Virus record (IMG/VR): IMGVR_UViG_3300033405_000064
Coordinates: 1 to 27,146 of that record
DNA length: 27,146 bases
Direction: 5' to 3' (one strand)
Origin: a virus
Taxonomy: Duplodnaviria > Caudoviricetes
Position numbers and translations under genes: made by a program. Below, piece by piece: positions 24,814 through 27,146 of the stretch. Every line of letters starts with the position of its first letter. The first letter of the stretch is position 1. The notes under the pieces are model-generated. The model did no database searches and was not told the DNA's origin. It saw only the letters and a program-made list of their open reading frames with translations.

Positions 24814-25062
24814 ATGCACTACCGTAACGGAAGAGAAGCCAAGAACGGCGATACCATTGTGTCTCTGGGGATGGACAACGGAAAGGTCCAGGCTGTCGGG
24901 ATTCTGTATAATGCGATTCCCGGAAACGACTACTGTAACGGCAACATTGCCCCGGTCCAGTCAGTGGGGGCCTACACCTGTATGTGCGACTGCCTGCACA
25001 TTGAGGATGTTGAGGCGGCCCTCGCGGTGGCCGCACTCGATAAACGCCCCGCCGGGAAATAG
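24814..25062 (+). CDS. Hypothetical phage protein (MHYRNGREAKNGD type)
   Basis: Strong AAAGGAG RBS; CNG and CMCDCLH motifs. Confidence 0.8.
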   Translation: MHYRNGREAKNGDTIVSLGMDNGKVQAVGILYNAIPGNDYCNGNIAPVQSVGAYTCMCDCLHIEDVEAALAVAALDKRPAGK

Positions 25063-25134
25063 CCTTCTCTCCCCCTGCTAGCGTCCCGCGACGTTGGCTC
25101 GGATGAGTGACGGAGAAGGAAAGGAGAAATAGCC

Positions 25135-25353
25135 ATGTGGATGACTGAAGAGGAAGCAAAGTCCAAATCATGCCCATTGAGAGGCATTGCAACGGCGCTT
25201 ATATTTTCACTCCCCAGCCTAACGAGAGCGACATTCCCTGAGGGAAGTTTAGAGGGTTGCGCTGCATCCGGTTGCGCCATGTGGGTTTGGGAAAGTGACG
25301 GGGAATCTTTCTCCCTGGATAAAGGCGCCTGCGGCCTGCGGAGGATGCCATGA
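25135..25353 (+). CDS. Cys-rich protein, paralogue of 21496..21744
   Basis: AAGGAG RBS; TEEEA...CP...CxxxxCxxWVW...GACG. Confidence 0.75.
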   Translation: MWMTEEEAKSKSCPLRGIATALIFSLPSLTRATFPEGSLEGCAASGCAMWVWESDGESFSLDKGACGLRRMP

Positions 25354-25451
25354 GCCATGATCTAGACGAATTGGAGCGGTTGAGGTCCGACTATGCCCGC
25401 AAACGGGGGTTCTATGGAACTAAGGCGGAAGCCATCAAGGAGGCGTCATGA
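25350..25451 (+). CDS. Small hypothetical peptide, 33 aa
   Basis: ATGA overlaps at both ends and GGAGG RBS: MSHDLDELERLRSDYARKRGFYGTKAEAIKEAS. Confidence 0.55.
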   Translation: MSHDLDELERLRSDYARKRGFYGTKAEAIKEAS

Positions 25452-25693
25452 AGAAGGCCAAACAGTCGTGTCGCACCTGTAAGTTCGCACCAGAGTGGGC
25501 ATATTCTGCCAAGGGGAAGATACGGCCACTTCGCGGGGGATGGTGTAAATGGGAACTGCCCGAGATCGTTTTACCCAAAGCGTACTATTATCCTTGGGCT
25601 ACCCAGCAAGGGCTTCAACGAAAATGCGTGGGGTATGTCAATCATACTGATGGGAAAGAGTGCCCTGCCTATCAAGCCAAGGATCCGTCATGA
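25448..25693 (+). CDS. Cys-rich hypothetical protein
   Basis: AGGAGG RBS; CRTC...GWC...CPAY. Confidence 0.7.
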   Translation: MKKAKQSCRTCKFAPEWAYSAKGKIRPLRGGWCKWELPEIVLPKAYYYPWATQQGLQRKCVGYVNHTDGKECPAYQAKDPS

Positions 25694-25857
25694 CACCGGA
25701 ACAACTGGAAGAGATCAGGAAGAGGCTGGCGGAAGCGTTGCGAGGTATGCGGCAATGGGCAATTCCCGGCATGAACTGGACTGACGAGATCGGCCAAGCA
25801 TTGTTAGCAATGGCTGACTCCGCCCTGGCCGACACGCAAGGGGTGAGCCATGAATAA
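25690..25857 (+). CDS. Small hypothetical protein
   Basis: ATGA overlap; MTPEQLEEIRKR start typical of phage early small proteins. Confidence 0.65.
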   Translation: MTPEQLEEIRKRLAEALRGMRQWAIPGMNWTDEIGQALLAMADSALADTQGVSHE

Positions 25858-26104
25858 TCCTAAAATAATGCTCGAACATGAGATTGATGAAATACAGATA
25901 TTCCCAGGAGAGATGTTAACCGTTTGGTTGCACTCTTATGGCAGACATGAAGAAAAGCGAGAGGCCGTACAGATAGAGTTAAGAGTACATCCTGGACAAT
26001 ATGGTAAGCGTGAAATCTTTATTTCCGACAAGGTCGGTACAGTCACAATACACCAGGATTTTGCAGATTGGGAACCAATGCTAACAAGTGGAGGGAAGTC
26101 ATGA
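25850..26104 (+). CDS. Hypothetical protein with AT-richer codon usage
   Basis: GGGGTG RBS; coupled on both sides. Confidence 0.7.
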   Translation: MNNPKIMLEHEIDEIQIFPGEMLTVWLHSYGRHEEKREAVQIELRVHPGQYGKREIFISDKVGTVTIHQDFADWEPMLTSGGKS

Positions 26105-26328
26105 GTGACCTATATGACTACGAAGAACCAAGTGCAGTTGCGGCCATGCGCCAAAGGCACAGAGAACAGGCCATCGCCGCCGCGAAGGAGGAACTAATAA
26201 TGGGTATACGCCGTTATCTTGAATCATATGGTGAAATTGACCCGACATGCTGTGATGAATGTAAAGAACTGTATGGGATACAACAGACTATCAAGGCCCT
26301 GGACGCGCTACAGAAGGAGGGGGAGTGA
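26101..26328 (+). CDS. Hypothetical protein
   Basis: ATGA overlap at 26101 and GGAGG RBS. Confidence 0.65.
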   Translation: MSDLYDYEEPSAVAAMRQRHREQAIAAAKEELIMGIRRYLESYGEIDPTCCDECKELYGIQQTIKALDALQKEGE

Positions 26329-26444
26329 TGGAGGGCATCATGCTTGGCGTTGTCATAGTTTATGTAGCGCTAGGGGTTCTCAATATCCTTGGACATGCCG
26401 GAATACGTCATCTTGCCAAGAAGGCCAAGGAGTCCCAGCCGTGA
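26328..26444 (+). CDS. Small single-pass membrane peptide, 38 aa
   Basis: TGATG overlap: MEGIMLGVVIVYVALGVLNILGHAGIRHLAKKAKESQP. Confidence 0.55.
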   Translation: MEGIMLGVVIVYVALGVLNILGHAGIRHLAKKAKESQP

Positions 26445-26977
26445 CCAGGGGCGAGGGGGCGCTTACTCTACAGTCTCCGCGCATCCGCTGGGATAACCGT
26501 GTACCAGGTGGCAAATGCGAATGGTTGACACCACCGGATCTCGTGCGCTCCCTGGGCGAGTTCGACTTGGACCCGTGCGCCCCGATCGTTCGACCCTGGG
26601 ATACGGCCAAGCGTCACCTGACCATTTTCGAGGACGGCTTGCTCCAGCCCTGGCGTGGGCGCGTCTGGCTTAATCCTCCGTTCGGCTCCAAGATGATCCG
26701 GTGGGTGGCCAAGCTGGCGCACCACGGTAATGGCATTGTCCTGCTTCCGGCCAGGACTGAAACTCGCTTGTTTTTCGATCTCGTTTGGGACGCGGCGGAC
26801 GCAGTTCTGTTCCTGCGTGGGCGCTTCAATTTCTACCATGTGACAGGCCAACAGGCCCCGCACAATTCAGGGGTTCCGTTCTGTCTGGTGGCTTACGGGC
26901 GCCAGAACGTGGCGGCCCTGGAGAAGATCCGCGAGCGCGGCCACTTCCTGGACTTCTGCCGGGCCGGGGAGGGGTGA
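26441..26977 (+). CDS. Phage DNA N6-adenine methyltransferase
   Basis: GTG 26441 with AAGGAG RBS; EWLTP, FDLDPC, DGL..PW.GRVWLNPPF, LLPARTET, FLRGR. Confidence 0.9.
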   Translation: MTRGEGALTLQSPRIRWDNRVPGGKCEWLTPPDLVRSLGEFDLDPCAPIVRPWDTAKRHLTIFEDGLLQPWRGRVWLNPPFGSKMIRWVAKLAHHGNGIVLLPARTETRLFFDLVWDAADAVLFLRGRFNFYHVTGQQAPHNSGVPFCLVAYGRQNVAALEKIRERGHFLDFCRAGEG

Positions 26978-27146
26978 TGCTCGGCATAGCGATTTGGGAG
27001 TGCATCAAGGCCCTGATAGAGCCTGACCCCTATTGCCATGGCTGCGGGTGGGGCGTGGGCCAAGGCCATGCGCCCTGGTGCGAGTTCAACCCGACGCGGT
27101 GCAAAGAATGTTCGGGCCAGAACGGCCACCATGCGGACTGGTGCAA
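26977..27146 (+). CDS. Cys/His repeat protein (3'-truncated)
   Basis: TGATG overlap; CHGCGWGVGQGHAPWC...CKECSGQNGHHADWC. Confidence 0.6.
   Translation, partial: MLGIAIWECIKALIEPDPYCHGCGWGVGQGHAPWCEFNPTRCKECSGQNGHHADWC

Noticed and set aside
1-27146. Integrase, att site, lysis genes, major capsid, rRNA/tRNA
   Set aside because: No supporting motifs seen in this window; the temperate lifestyle is inferred only from the switch region.

Overview
GC-rich fragment of a tailed dsDNA phage or prophage, probably temperate and podovirus-like. The Cro-like and repressor-like proteins resemble those of Desulfovibrio-type prophages, but the host is an inference. Two divergent arms meet at a genetic switch (about 17.9-18.95 kb) that carries three copies of a 17-bp palindromic operator. 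The left arm (minus strand) runs: cro-like, RHH-like, Sak4-type AAA ATPase, DUF669 SSB, SF2 helicase, Cas4-like nuclease, primase-polymerase/helicase, an iteron-rich origin candidate, RuvC-like resolvase, Mor-like activator, small and large terminase, portal, and then fibre/decoration-like virion genes. No major capsid or integrase gene is in the window. The right arm (plus strand) is an early/accessory operon: SprT-like protease, a 21-nt tandem-repeat protein, dNMP kinase, a Gp49/66 (Acb4-like) fusion protein, a frameshifted gene, a RecE-like exonuclease with a putative annealing protein, many small Cys-rich ORFs and an N6-adenine methyltransferase. All family calls come from motif recognition by eye; no database search was run.
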